Source: Pecten maximus (taxonomy: Eukaryota). From it: a stretch of DNA of 64,000 bases. The notes under the pieces were generated by a model, which saw only the letters and a list, made by a program, of their open reading frames with translations, was not told the origin of the DNA and ran no database searches. The stretch lies in the NCBI RefSeq assembly GCF_902652985.1, contig NC_047016.1:9858001-9922000 (forward strand). The letters are read 5' to 3'. How positions within the stretch are numbered: position 1 is the first letter of the stretch; the number at the start of each line of letters is the position of its first letter. Positions 1 through 12,400 of the stretch are shown here, piece by piece. The translations under genes and the position numbers were made by a program.

Positions 1-463
1 GTTTGTCAATGAAGCAAAAAAACTAACTGTTTGATTCAGAAATGTTTTGTAGGAAAATGCATTTCTGAGTTTTTGCCTTTCTTTTCATGAATAGATTTTA
101 CACTTGTGTCAGAGAGATATGACTTTTAGTAAACTTGTTAAGTGATTTGATGTCATGTACCTGAAGGCTTGGCAAATTACATTGTTTTTGTCTTGTCTTT
201 TACAGTTCTCACAATTACTAAATTATTATTCAGATAGTAGTATTCTTTACATAGTAAATATATTATTGGTTTGCTGTAACTAAGAAAATGTGGTTCAGAA
301 AAATGTTAGGAACATGCAATATTGGCAATGAATATTTTAAATGTCCGGCTGTTCATTGAATCATAATTCCAAGAGAGTCATTTGTTTTGAAGTACTGAAA
401 CCAAAGTTAAGTTAGTTATTAATTAGATGATATATATAACTGTGCACTTAATTAAAGATATAG

Positions 464-1333
464 TCTGTTAATGTAGCACCCATCAGACACCTGTTAATGT
501 AGAACCCATCAGACACCTGTTAATGTAGCACCCATCAGACACCTGTTAATGTAGCACCCATCATGATCAGACACCTGTTAATGTAGCACCCATCATGATC
601 AGACACCTGTTAATGTAGCACCCATCAGACACCTGTTAATGTAGCACCCATCAGACACCTGTTAATGTAGCACCCATCAGACACCTGTTAATGTAGCACC
701 CATCAGACACCTGTTAATGTAGTACCCATCAGACACCTGTTAATGTAGAACCCATCAGACACCTGTTAATGTAGCACCCATCAGACACCTGTTAATGTAG
801 CACCCATCAGACACCTGTTAATGTAGAACCCATCAGACACCTGTTAATGTAGAACCCATCAGACACCTGTTAATGTAGAACCCATCAGACACCTGTTAAT
901 GTAGCACCCATCAGACACCTGTTAATGTAGCACCCATCAGACACCTGTTAATGTAGCACCCATCAGACACCTGTTAATGTAGCACCCATCAGACACCTGT
1001 TAATGTAGCACCCATCAGACACCTGTTAATGTAGCACCCATCAGACACCTGTTAATGTAGAACCCATCAGACACCTGTTAATGTAGCACCCATCAGACAC
1101 CTGTTAATGTAGAACCCATCAGACACCTGTTAATGTAGAACCCATCAGACACCTGTTAATGTAGCACCCATCAGACACCTGTTAATGTAGCACCCATCAG
1201 ACACCTGTTAATGTAGCACCCATCAGACACCTGTTAATGTAGCACCCATCAGACACCTGTTAATGTAGCACCCATCAGACACCTGTTAATGTAGCACCCA
1301 TCAGACACCTGTTAATGTAGCACCCATCAGACA
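464..1333. repeat. 26-bp minisatellite (CTGTTAATGTAGCACCCATCAGACAC)n, about 33 copies
   Basis: Period of 26 is read directly (CATCAGACAC at 481 and 507); copies are near-identical with C/A variants. Confidence 0.97.
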
Positions 1334-1962
1334 CTATGAGACCACAGTGTTTGTTCCCACACTTTATGGAGACACAGTGGAATGAATACCTATGATCGTA
1401 TCTGTTTATCAAACCTTTGTTTGAATTAAAACCCTGTTACATGTTTAGCTTGACACACTTTGATACATTGATGTTTGTATTCTGTCAGTGTGTGTAATTT
1501 CCTTTATATTTTGGAAACACACACATTTCCGACTATAAACTACACATATACTGTTAAGTGTCACCTTAAGGATCACTGGGACAGCAGTATCAGTCAGTTA
1601 TCAATGTTGTCATCCAGACAAAGATTTTTTGGCAATAACTTGTTCTCTTATGGCCATCTAACTGAAATTCCAGACATTGCATAAAAGTGATTGCTTTATA
1701 TATAAGGTTCAAAGATCAAAGGTCAAGGTCACCATTGTTATATTAGAAAGTTGATTTTGAATCTTTCATCCATTTGTATGGACTGCTTGTGTTCTGTTAA
1801 TATAACATTCATTTCTCAAACCTGAAGTTGAACTTGTTCAGTTCTGAGTCGTTTATATTTGCTCCTAGGCCTGTCCCCATCACCTTGTCAAGAGATGTTT
1901 GAGCATATCTATCCCTAGTCATTGGTTGAAATGGTCACTAAGTGTTGAGTTTCCCTGGTACC

Positions 1963-3258
1963 TGAGTTTTGAGAATGGTATTGAGAGTCTCTGATACCAG
2001 AGTTTTGAGAATGGTATTGAGAGTCTCTGATACCAGAGTTTTGAGAATGATATTGAGAGTCTCTGATACCAGGGTTTTGAGAATGGTATTGAGAGTCTCT
2101 GATACCAGAGTTTTGAGAATGGTATTGAGAGTCTCTGATACCAGAGTTTTGAGAATGATATTGAGAGTCTCTGATACCACGGTTTTGAGAATGGTATTGA
2201 GAGTCTCTGATACCAGAGTTTTGAGAATGATATTGAGAGTCTCTGATACCACGGTTTTGAGAATGGTATTGAGAGTCTCTGATACCAGAGTTTTGAGAAT
2301 GATATTGAGAGTCTCTGATAACAGAGTTTTGAGAATGATATTGAGAGTCTCTGATACCAGAGTTTTGAGAATGATATTGAGAGTCTCTGATACCACGGTT
2401 TTGAGAATGATATTGAGAGTCTCTGATACCAGAGTTTTGAGAATGATATTGAGAGTCTCTGATACCAGGGTTTTGAGAATGGTATTGAGAGTCTCTGATA
2501 CCAGAGTTTTGAGAATGGTATTGAGAGTCTCTGATACCAGAGTTTTGAGAATGATATTGAGAGTCTCTGATACCAGAGTTTTGAGAATGATATTGAGAGT
2601 CTCTGATACCAGAGTTTTGAGAATGATATTGAGAGTCTCTGATACCACGGTTTTGAGAATGGTATTGAGAGTCTCTGATACCAGAGTTTTGAGAATGATA
2701 TTGAGAGTCTCTGATACCACGGTTTTGAGAATGGTATTGAGAGTCTCTGATACCAGAGTTTTGAGAATGATATTGAGAGTCTCTGATACCACGGTTTTGA
2801 GAATGGTATTGAGAGTCTCTGATACCAGAGTTTTGAGAATGATATTGAGAGTCTCTGATACCAGAGTTTTGAGAATGATATTGAGAGTCTCTGATACCAG
2901 AGTTTTGAGAATGATATTGAGAGTCTCTGATACCACGGTTTTGAGAATGATATTGAGAGTCTCTGATACCAGAGTTTTGAGAATGGTATTGAGAGTCTCT
3001 AATACCAGAGTTTTGAGAATGGTATTGAGAGTCTCTAATACCAGAGTTTTGAGAATGGTATTGAGAGTCTCTAATACCAGAGTTTTGAGAATGGTATTGA
3101 GAGTCTCTGATACCAGAGTTTTGAGAATGGTATTGAGAGTCTCTAATACCAGAGTTTTGAGAATGGTATTGAGAGTCTCTGATACCAGGGTTTTGAGAAT
3201 GGTATTGAGAGTCTCTGATACCAGAGTTTTGAGAATGGTATTGAGAGTCTCTGATACC
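1963..3258. repeat. 36-bp minisatellite (CCAGAGTTTTGAGAATGGTATTGAGAGTCTCTGATA)n, about 36 copies
   Basis: Tandem 36-mer; it explains the spurious 440/445-aa ORFs on both strands. Confidence 0.97.
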
Positions 3259-3429
3259 ATGAAAATTCAGTTGATGGTGTCAGACTTTCTGTATTTACCT
3301 TGGTAAATTGTGACTTTCCTTCCATGGGACATTTCAGGATCACCTATTTTACACAGAGTAAAAACATTTATCTTCTCTGCATTTGAACCACTGTATAATG
3401 CAACATGGTTTTTTTCTTCTATTTTTCAG

Positions 3430-6400
3430 AAATTGAAAGCACATCTGTAATTCTGAGCCAGAAATATTCAAGATGCCTAAAGAATTGCAAGAAAGGTAAT
3501 TTATGTTTTCTTATTTGATAGGAAGAATCTCAAAACCTTCAGTATCAGTTAAGATTCTCTTACAAGATAACTTTTAATCAAGACAAGGAACACATTTTAT
3601 TTGTGATACATTTGTTTCCTTAACCTGGGATACCATTGTTTATTTGTTTGTTGCAAGACTACTTAAATTAATACACATTTAATAATATCAAATAAAACAT
3701 CACAGGAACCTTCGTTGATTTAAATACTTCTACTTTCGTGATGACACTATAAGTGCGCGATAAAACATGGACAACGTTATGTCAAGGTCAGGTCCCCACT
3801 TCACAGCCCCAAATATGGAGGCTGAACCACTGGATCAGAAACCCACCTCATGATTTAAACCATAACTGAACCACTGGACCAGAAACCCACCTCATGATTT
3901 AAACCATAACTGAACCACCGGATCATAAACCCACCTCATGATTTAAACCATAACAGAGATCAATACTAATTAGTAATTACGGCCAGACTTGTAATGACTA
4001 GGCAAGTTTTTCTATTGATTTCCCATGATTGCAGTCAAGGCCTAGAGATCTCATTTGCCTCTGATGTAAGCCAAACAGGTAGTGATTTAGACGATGAACC
4101 GGCCAGGTAAATTATTGTCAAATGTTTCACTGGATTGCACAACACTGGTTACCTCCCCTTCCTGATTCACTGATGTTGTTTGGTCATGTGACAGCAGATT
4201 GACCATTGCTATGCAGCTTTCAATCTGGTGGTAGTAATACTGTTGTGGAATGAAAGGTCAAGGGTCATTTTCTGTTGTCAGCACTTGTTATCTCCCTTTA
4301 AACTTCTGTTCCTTGTCTTGTTATTTGACATTGAAACATTGTATCAGAACACAGCAGGCATTGCCTTCAGGAAGAAACTTGTATAAGTTAATTTGATTGA
4401 TACAGGTGGTGATACATATGAATTCAGATGTGCTCACAAATGTCTATTCAATTTACTCTATTACGTAGCTAGATTATGAAATATTTATTAGTGAAGTTGA
4501 AAAAAAAAAGAGTTATCCATGGTATATATTAACCTTCATATGACAAGAGGTCTTGCAATACAGTAAATATGTACAATTTGTAATTGTTTGGGAATTGATT
4601 TACTTAACCCAACTTTAAAAAACATTGATCATACAAAATGTAATTTTGTGTTGAACATTCATGCATGTTTAAATATTCAATTCTGATTTTACCCCCAAAG
4701 TCCATACAGAAGGAAGAAGTAAGCTGCTCTCCATTTCTGTGCCTGCTTCCTTATAGAATAGAATTACCACTAGTCTCATTATTTATATCATCTATAGGAC
4801 TTTGCTGACTTTCGTGAACTATTGCACATCTTTTTTAGAAGTCCATGTTATATAAACATTTGTTGACTGTTGCTCGAGATGTTCCAAACAATGAAAACAA
4901 GAAATTAATTCAGGAATTGATTTAGGAAATTAAAAACATATGAAATAGATAATTAATAGAGTGTGAAACATTCTGAATCCTTCACCTTCCCATTTTTGAA
5001 AGAGTTGTTTGTTGTTCTGCACCTTTTGAGATTTTACTTTTGTTAGCTCATTTGTTCTGGGGGCACAGTGGGCCTGTATATGCCATGACACTGTGTTTGT
5101 TGTCTGTAGATGTCAGTCTATCACCTATTTCTTTAGAACACTATAAACTAGCTTACCAAATTTTGGTCTGGAACAACTGTAAGTGAATGGGGTAGAGGTA
5201 CAAGGTCGGAACGGGAAATGGATACAACAAAAACCTTTTCCTTTTCTACAGGTATAGGGATTTTAACTCTTTAGTTGGATATGGTGCATCTGTTGGTGCA
5301 TGACATGTACTTTAATTGATTCAACAGAAACAGGGTGGGTAAAATACAGGAAATTATCAGGAATATTTCTTCTGTACAGAAGGGATTCTAACCAAATTTC
5401 TTGCATATGATCCCTAAAGAATATTTATCAGTATACAGAATATGTATATATCTATATAAAAGGAGGGCATATGGCCCCCTGAAAGCAAAATGAGGCAAAC
5501 AGAATTTGTAATGAATCATCCTTGGGAAATCTGATGTTCTAAACGAAAGTCCTCTTGGTAATGAGATACAAAGCTTAGAAAGGTAAATATTTGTAATAGT
5601 GCTATAAATGAAGTTGCTTTGTCATTGATTGCTGACATTTTCTGGTGAGTGATACAGGCCCTCTGGACCTCTTGTGATTTCTTGTCTCTTTTGTTCCTGT
5701 GAGCACAAATCGGAATGAATGAAAAAATCTTTTCTGTTTCAAATGTGTGTCCATCACTACATAGACAGATTGAAATGTAGAGTAGTATATACATGCTACA
5801 TTTCTGTTAGAGTCTTAATATTTATTTACCTGGTTACTTTAATGATCATCTCAAATCTTTGTGATATAGAGCAAATTGGTATCTCTCTATAGAACGTAGA
5901 GCACAATTATATAAGTGCTAGCCCTGTTCGTATGGATATATATATAGGATTCGAAAATCAGAATAGTATGGAATATGTTCGTAAATATACCTGATATTTA
6001 TTGTAATGTGTTGTAATTATAAATACTATTATTACTTTATTGAACATTGTAGTCAACATCCATTGTTCTTATCATTATTGTTTCCATCATTTATATTGTG
6101 AAAATAGAAGTGTGTCCATCATTGTTGCTTTACTTATTTACTTGTTTCTTAGATTTTTGAAATCTAAATATAAGCCCAATAAAAAGTAAAAAGTACTTGA
6201 ATAAGTATAAACAGATTCTGAAGAGCAATTAAGTTTACTGTACATTCCAGGGTTCCATTGTTGTGATGTTAAAGTACGGTCAAACCTGCTCAAAAAATAT
6301 TTTGTAAAAACAAAAGCCTGTCTGTAAAGGTCACCTGTTTTTATTCTCAATGAGTCACAATTAATTGTATATGAACCTTTTATAAAGATCACCTGCTTAC

Positions 6401-9400
6401 AAAGGGCACTTCTTTACTCCCTAGTGGCCTTTCTAGACAGGTCTGACTGTACACATGTTTATAATGTTTTAGAGAAGTCTGAGGAATCGTAATAAATATA
6501 GATAATACGTTTTGCATAAAACTATTACTAGTAACTGTATTATTAATGATTGATTGACAGAGTTTATGCTATTTGTTCCATCTTTGACATAAATAGATAT
6601 TCTCTTGTTTAATTTCATCCTTGAAAATCAATAGATGTTTCTTTTTAAATGTGGATTGTTAACGTTTTCAGATGTTGTACATATGAAGAAAGAAGGTCGA
6701 TAGAATTATGACTTGAATTTTAAGATATCAATAATGTTGATAGGTGTTCCAATTAAAAACTTATCATTTCATTGAATTCTCACAACAGGTGGGAACAACT
6801 TCAGGAGAGAGACGAGGATGGGAGGCGAATGTCAGTTGCCTCCCCTGCCATGGGACGGCGCCCCAGCCAACAGGTGCAACAGCATGAACAGATGGCCAGT
6901 GTCCATAACCATTCATTTACCAGGGTAGGTATTAGGTCATTTCAAATGGAATCATTAAATTTCAAATGTGTTCTTCTTAATGATAATATCAGACTTTGAC
7001 TATACTTCTTTTCATTTTCATTTGTTGAAAAAAGGAAACAAACTGAAAAAAGGAAACAAACTTAAAAAAAAAAAACAATTACAAAAAAATGTATTAGAAT
7101 TAAGTTATAATAAAAATCAAAGTGGGACATTTTAAGATATGGATGCTGCTGTATATGATAGCTCCATTACTTACATCTAATTAATTGTGGTGATCTACAA
7201 GACAACAGACACTCTGAAATATTAATGAATGTTGGATTCATCTAAGGTCAAGGTCAAATCCCTGAGTGGCTAGTAGTAAGGTGTTTTATATATCCAGCTT
7301 TTGTATCCACGTGAAAGCCTTTTTTATCTCTTAACTTTGTGACTTTTACTGGAACTGGGACTTGGGTGGACATTTTAATAAATCTAATGAATCTAATGCT
7401 CCATATGGCTTATTGTCTGTTACTAGGGACGAGATACACCAACCAGTTCCCATAACTGGTCCATGGACAGGTCCTACTCGGAATACAACGGAGGTAAGTG
7501 TGGTGAGGTCACCCTGTCACTGCTTGTAAGCAAAAATTCTGAACAGCTGAGATTTTATTTGTTACATACACATAATGTTCACAACACATTGATGATCAAG
7601 TGAACCTTATAATTATATATATCTGAAGTTTGTCAGTTTCACTGTCTTTGTCTCCACAGACACACCTCGTGGCCTACCCAGGGACAACAGCCTACATCAG
7701 TCTAGCAGCATCAGCAGCAGTCGTAGCAGCCTGTGTTCACGTGGGACCCCACGGGATCCAGACAGAAACTCCCCCAACCCCAGGCTCCCCCGACCCCGCA
7801 GGCACGACCACCCTGACAGGAAACACGGACTCAAAAAGGTGAGTTGTCTCCCCTTATTAGGAAAGGTGTGAATAATTTGAATTGGGTCTCATTCAAATAA
7901 AATTGAAAAAACCAATTACATGCAAGTTTTTACTGGAATCATCTATAATACAATACATTTGTATAACAATTTTAACCATGACTGAGATCTAATGAAATTT
8001 TATGTATAATTCAAAAGCTGAAAACATACATTCATAAGCTGATTAAACATGCTGTCAATACTTAACACCACATTGAATTCTGGTGTAATTCAGAAACAAA
8101 CTCTAATTCTGTCACAAATCTTTCCTTTTACTGTATTGATAAGAAAATCTGTATGATGTGTTTGTAGTTTATGAAACGATGGCAGTGGCAGGTTTGAAAT
8201 GTTTATAGATTATAAATAACAACTAATGCTACTGTTGTCTCCTACACAACCTCTGTTATCACTTGGACATCCACTCGCAAAACTAAACCACAAGTTCTGT
8301 TTTCACAATGTCGTGTCTTTAATTGATGGCTCAACACATGCAAGTTAATAGAAAATTAGTATCTATGGAAACATGTTACCCTGTACCTGGGTGGTGTTGT
8401 AGGTTTAATGTTTGGATATATTTGAGTGTAATCTGCAGTCTCTTGCACTTGTGATGATGACATTTGCTGAATCTGCACTATTTCTCCATCTCTGGAGATC
8501 TGAGCATGTTCGACACACTTTATCCTACAGGGTTACCTCACAGTTTGTTCTTTTTGTATTGGTCTGTAGGTGGATACAGAGGTTTTATATAAAAGATAAT
8601 ATTTTACAGTTTATCTGTTAAGGAATAGTGTATAATTTACATTAAAAATATACATAATGTGAAAATTTGGGAGAATACATTTTAAACATTCTACAATTGG
8701 AATTATAATGGTCTCAAAGTCACAAAACTGTTCAAGAGTCATAGTTAAATAATTGTACTGTCAAAATTTTAAGATTTATTTATATTTTGCCGATTTTATC
8801 TTCAAAACATGAACTAAAAAATGACTATGTAGAATTATGATTATGAATATTAACAATACCTTAATAAAAAAGCATATCCTTAAGATATATTAAAATAATG
8901 TGAATTATCAGTGTATTAATGTAGATGTGTACCGTACAGTCCTGATACTCAACATCACAGAGGGACTAATCTGATCCATATGAATTATAAAAGATTAATC
9001 TTTATTTGTCCTGACAGAGACCGGAGGCAGGAAGTCTCAGTAGTCTTGGTGACAGTGGTATATCGGAGCATGACAACACTAACGGAGGCGGAGCCACTGC
9101 TGGCAATCTGTCCAGCCTCCCTGGTCCAGGAAAATTCAAGCAAATGACAAAACAAAGAAATGCTCCTGATGCCGACAGTGGTTTTATTGGTTCAATGGTA
9201 GGGTCAGAGGTCAGTCAGATGTCATCACGGCAACAGCAACTGCAGCAACAGGACCAAGCCCAACCTTCATTACGGTTACGACACCAAGCAGATACTGATG
9301 AAAGGTTGGATTTCGTTGGTTTACAAGTTATCTCAAATTCTTATGTTTTCATCTTATTTCTGTATTTTTAAAGCATTTTTTCTGCATCTTGATAATTCTA

Positions 9401-12400
9401 GTATTTTCCCACAAAATATCATTTAAGATGGGCATATGATTTAAACTTATTATTTTGTATCAAATCTTTGAGAAGATACTTGTAAATCATGTGTGAATTA
9501 TCATGTCATTGTAGACATCCATTATATTTTAATTAAATATCTCAAAAGTTATTATCATAGTACATCATTGTAATTATAACTTAATGGGTGTACTTACACG
9601 GACATATACAGATCACTATAATATACTATTATCCAGTGGCTGATTTGGTTACCCATGTGAAAGACTGTCTTAGTAATTAAGAAATCTATTAATCAACCTA
9701 AAATGTTGATATTAATCCCAGTGTGTGTACATATCTAGGTATTATTTCAGTTTATAGTTTTTATTCTGAAATAACGTTGACAATTTTTAAAAGTTATTTT
9801 GTCTATAACAGACCAAGGTCAAGATCACGTGACATGGATACAGCTTCAGTTACAAGTTCAAGGTCAGCCAGGTCTGGGAGATCAAGACAGGATGACCGAC
9901 CTTCATCTCGAGGGTCACTGAGGTCAGGAAGTAGGAGAGATATGACTACGGATATGAGTCGAGATTTCACAGATGATAGTTACACCCTGACGGAAAGTGA
10001 TGTGAGTTTCGACTCTTCCCAGGTTTCTCGTCGTAGCAGACAACGACCTCGCAGTATGGTGGAGGCCTCTATACAGGAAGAAGAAGAAGGTGAGTGTTAA
10101 AGGTCACTTGGAGAGAGGCTGAGGGAAAATGTCTTTGCTCAGGAGGAATATCAACCCATTTAATGTAAATTGTTCTGTCTATCTCAGAGACAACCATCAT
10201 CTGAAGTATGCTAATGGCGATATAAGGACTTTGAGTCTGTCCCCTTAAAACCAATACAATGTACTGGTAGATACATACATTATAATATATACCTGTATGG
10301 TGATGGTGAACAACTATCAAGTCCGGTGTTAGGAGAAGGGCAATAAGTATATAATGGAACATCATTGTGTGGTACAGTAAACTAGGTTGATGACTGGTGA
10401 CCAGCTCGTTGATTTCATTAGCTCCCCATTCCTCCTATAAACTAGAGTTACAGCCCTTTGTTTACTGTGTGTTATCTTGTCTAAATTTGATGAACTATGT
10501 CATCCACATTGCCATTTTTTGTATGTGAACACTTCTTGGGAGAGTAGAATGTCATTCATTGGATTATCTGCTCAATTATGGTTGACCACCATAAGACTAC
10601 AATTTCTTATAATAAAATTTTATACTGAGTTATGGCCCTTTGTTCTTTACATTTATGTCTGAATAGATAAGATTTGATAAGGGACCAGTGATTTTTAAAT
10701 ACAACAATGCAATCTTGAACAAGTTTGTCTTCCTTTTTCTGTCTGGCTTCTTTTATAATAATAATGTATTTGACTTTCTGTTCCTATACAATAGTTATTA
10801 GTTAAGAGATCTATCACTGATATCTAAACAAGTTAATACCTCTATGTCTACTTAACATTTCTTCACAGGTGGAGATACATTAAGATCTGAGGAGAAAGCC
10901 ACGGTTAATTTGGGTTGGCTAGCTGACTTGAGGGGTTAGATCTCTACCCACCATTGTTTGTGTTGTGTGTTTGTAGGCTCAATCATAGAGTTTGTGTATC
11001 CTCTTTATTACTGCCCTTATATCCAACAGTTATGTTGCTATTTTTCAGTGTGGGTTTGAAACTCCTCATTTATGTTTGTAAATATTCATTTACATTTTGT
11101 TTGTACCTCTGTTGCCAGTATTTATGATTAAGTTATTGTAATATGTATCTCAATAAAAAGTTAATCATTCACATACCAACCCCTCCCTACTGTATATATA
11201 ATTATATTTTATCTTGTTTACAAATGTACAACCTCCTATACTTTGTTGTATATAGCTAAATTTATTGTATTGTTACATTGTAAGTAAACTTTTGTAGCCT
11301 TTTTAATCAAACTGTGTTGTTGAGTTTTATACCACCCCCCCCCCCCCCCCCCCCCCCCCCTATCCACCTTCCATGCCTTTTTGCTAAGTTTATATACAGA
11401 CTTTAGATAAGCCTAGCTATATAATTATTATAATATACTTTATCAAGGTTCATCTTCAGTTATGTATAGTGCCAGAATTTTGCTTTGTCTTTACATGATA
11501 ATCATCATTTATGATTATTTCATCAAATAATTTACCTTTGATACCCAGAATCAAATATTATTATTTTCATTTAATAATTAGAGTGATATTGTTTGATCAA
11601 AACAAAAACTTTATGGATCTTAAAGTCAGAGATCTTGTCTTAGAACTTTCAGTTAAAAATGCTCTCTGTTTTACTATTTAAGTGGTAATTGCCACTTTAC
11701 ATTAACGATTGTTTTTTTTTGTTTTTTTTTCTGGAGAAAAATATGAATGTTATGAAGTTTATACAAGGATACATGATGGATTTGAGATTTAAACAAGCTC
11801 TTGATCAAGAAAATATATTCAAGTTGAAATGAACTGTTCATTAAAAAGAAAAGAACTGCTAGTCTGACTCAAGACTCTGGTTTGTACAGAGTACTCCTAC
11901 ATTTGTGATTATATACAAATGCCAGATTTGATGACAAGAATAAAGAAAGCTACTGTCTGACAAAGTAGACTATGTAGAGTAACAAATACAGCCGTTAAGT
12001 CATTGATGAAGTCTATACTAACAAAGCCTTATCTTCAGTGTAGGGAACGGGTGATCAGTACATTGTTACAGTATGGAAGTATAGCTTCCTGTAAGTTAAT
12101 AGTTAGAAATATTTACATTTTTTTTACCAGGTAAAATTCTATCAATATTTTGTAAAACCAATGGTAATATTTTTTCTCTTCCTCTGACAGGACGTCCTCC
12201 AGCCACTCCCAGACAACAGCAAACAAAACAAAGTCAAAAGTCACGAGTAGAACCTCATCAACCAATCATTCGTACCCCTGGCAAACCTGCCAAGTCAAAA
12301 GCGGATGTCTCCAGATCATCATTAAACATATCTGGGGAACACCTTACACCACGAGCTACACCCAATGTCAGTTTTAATGAAAGCCAGGATGTCTTTTTAT

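Noticed and set aside
464-1333. Repeat arrays as CRISPR-like loci (also 41.5-46.5 kb and 47.6-48.7 kb)
   Set aside because: Head-to-tail units with no unique spacers, no cas genes and a eukaryotic context.
1938-3306. 440- and 445-aa ORFs on opposite strands
   Set aside because: Both arise from a stop-free 36-bp minisatellite; no true start context or splice support.
11333-11360. Long poly-C/poly-G runs (also ~29286, 32764, 61131) as functional G-quadruplexes
   Set aside because: Simple homopolymers of unreliable length with no contextual support.
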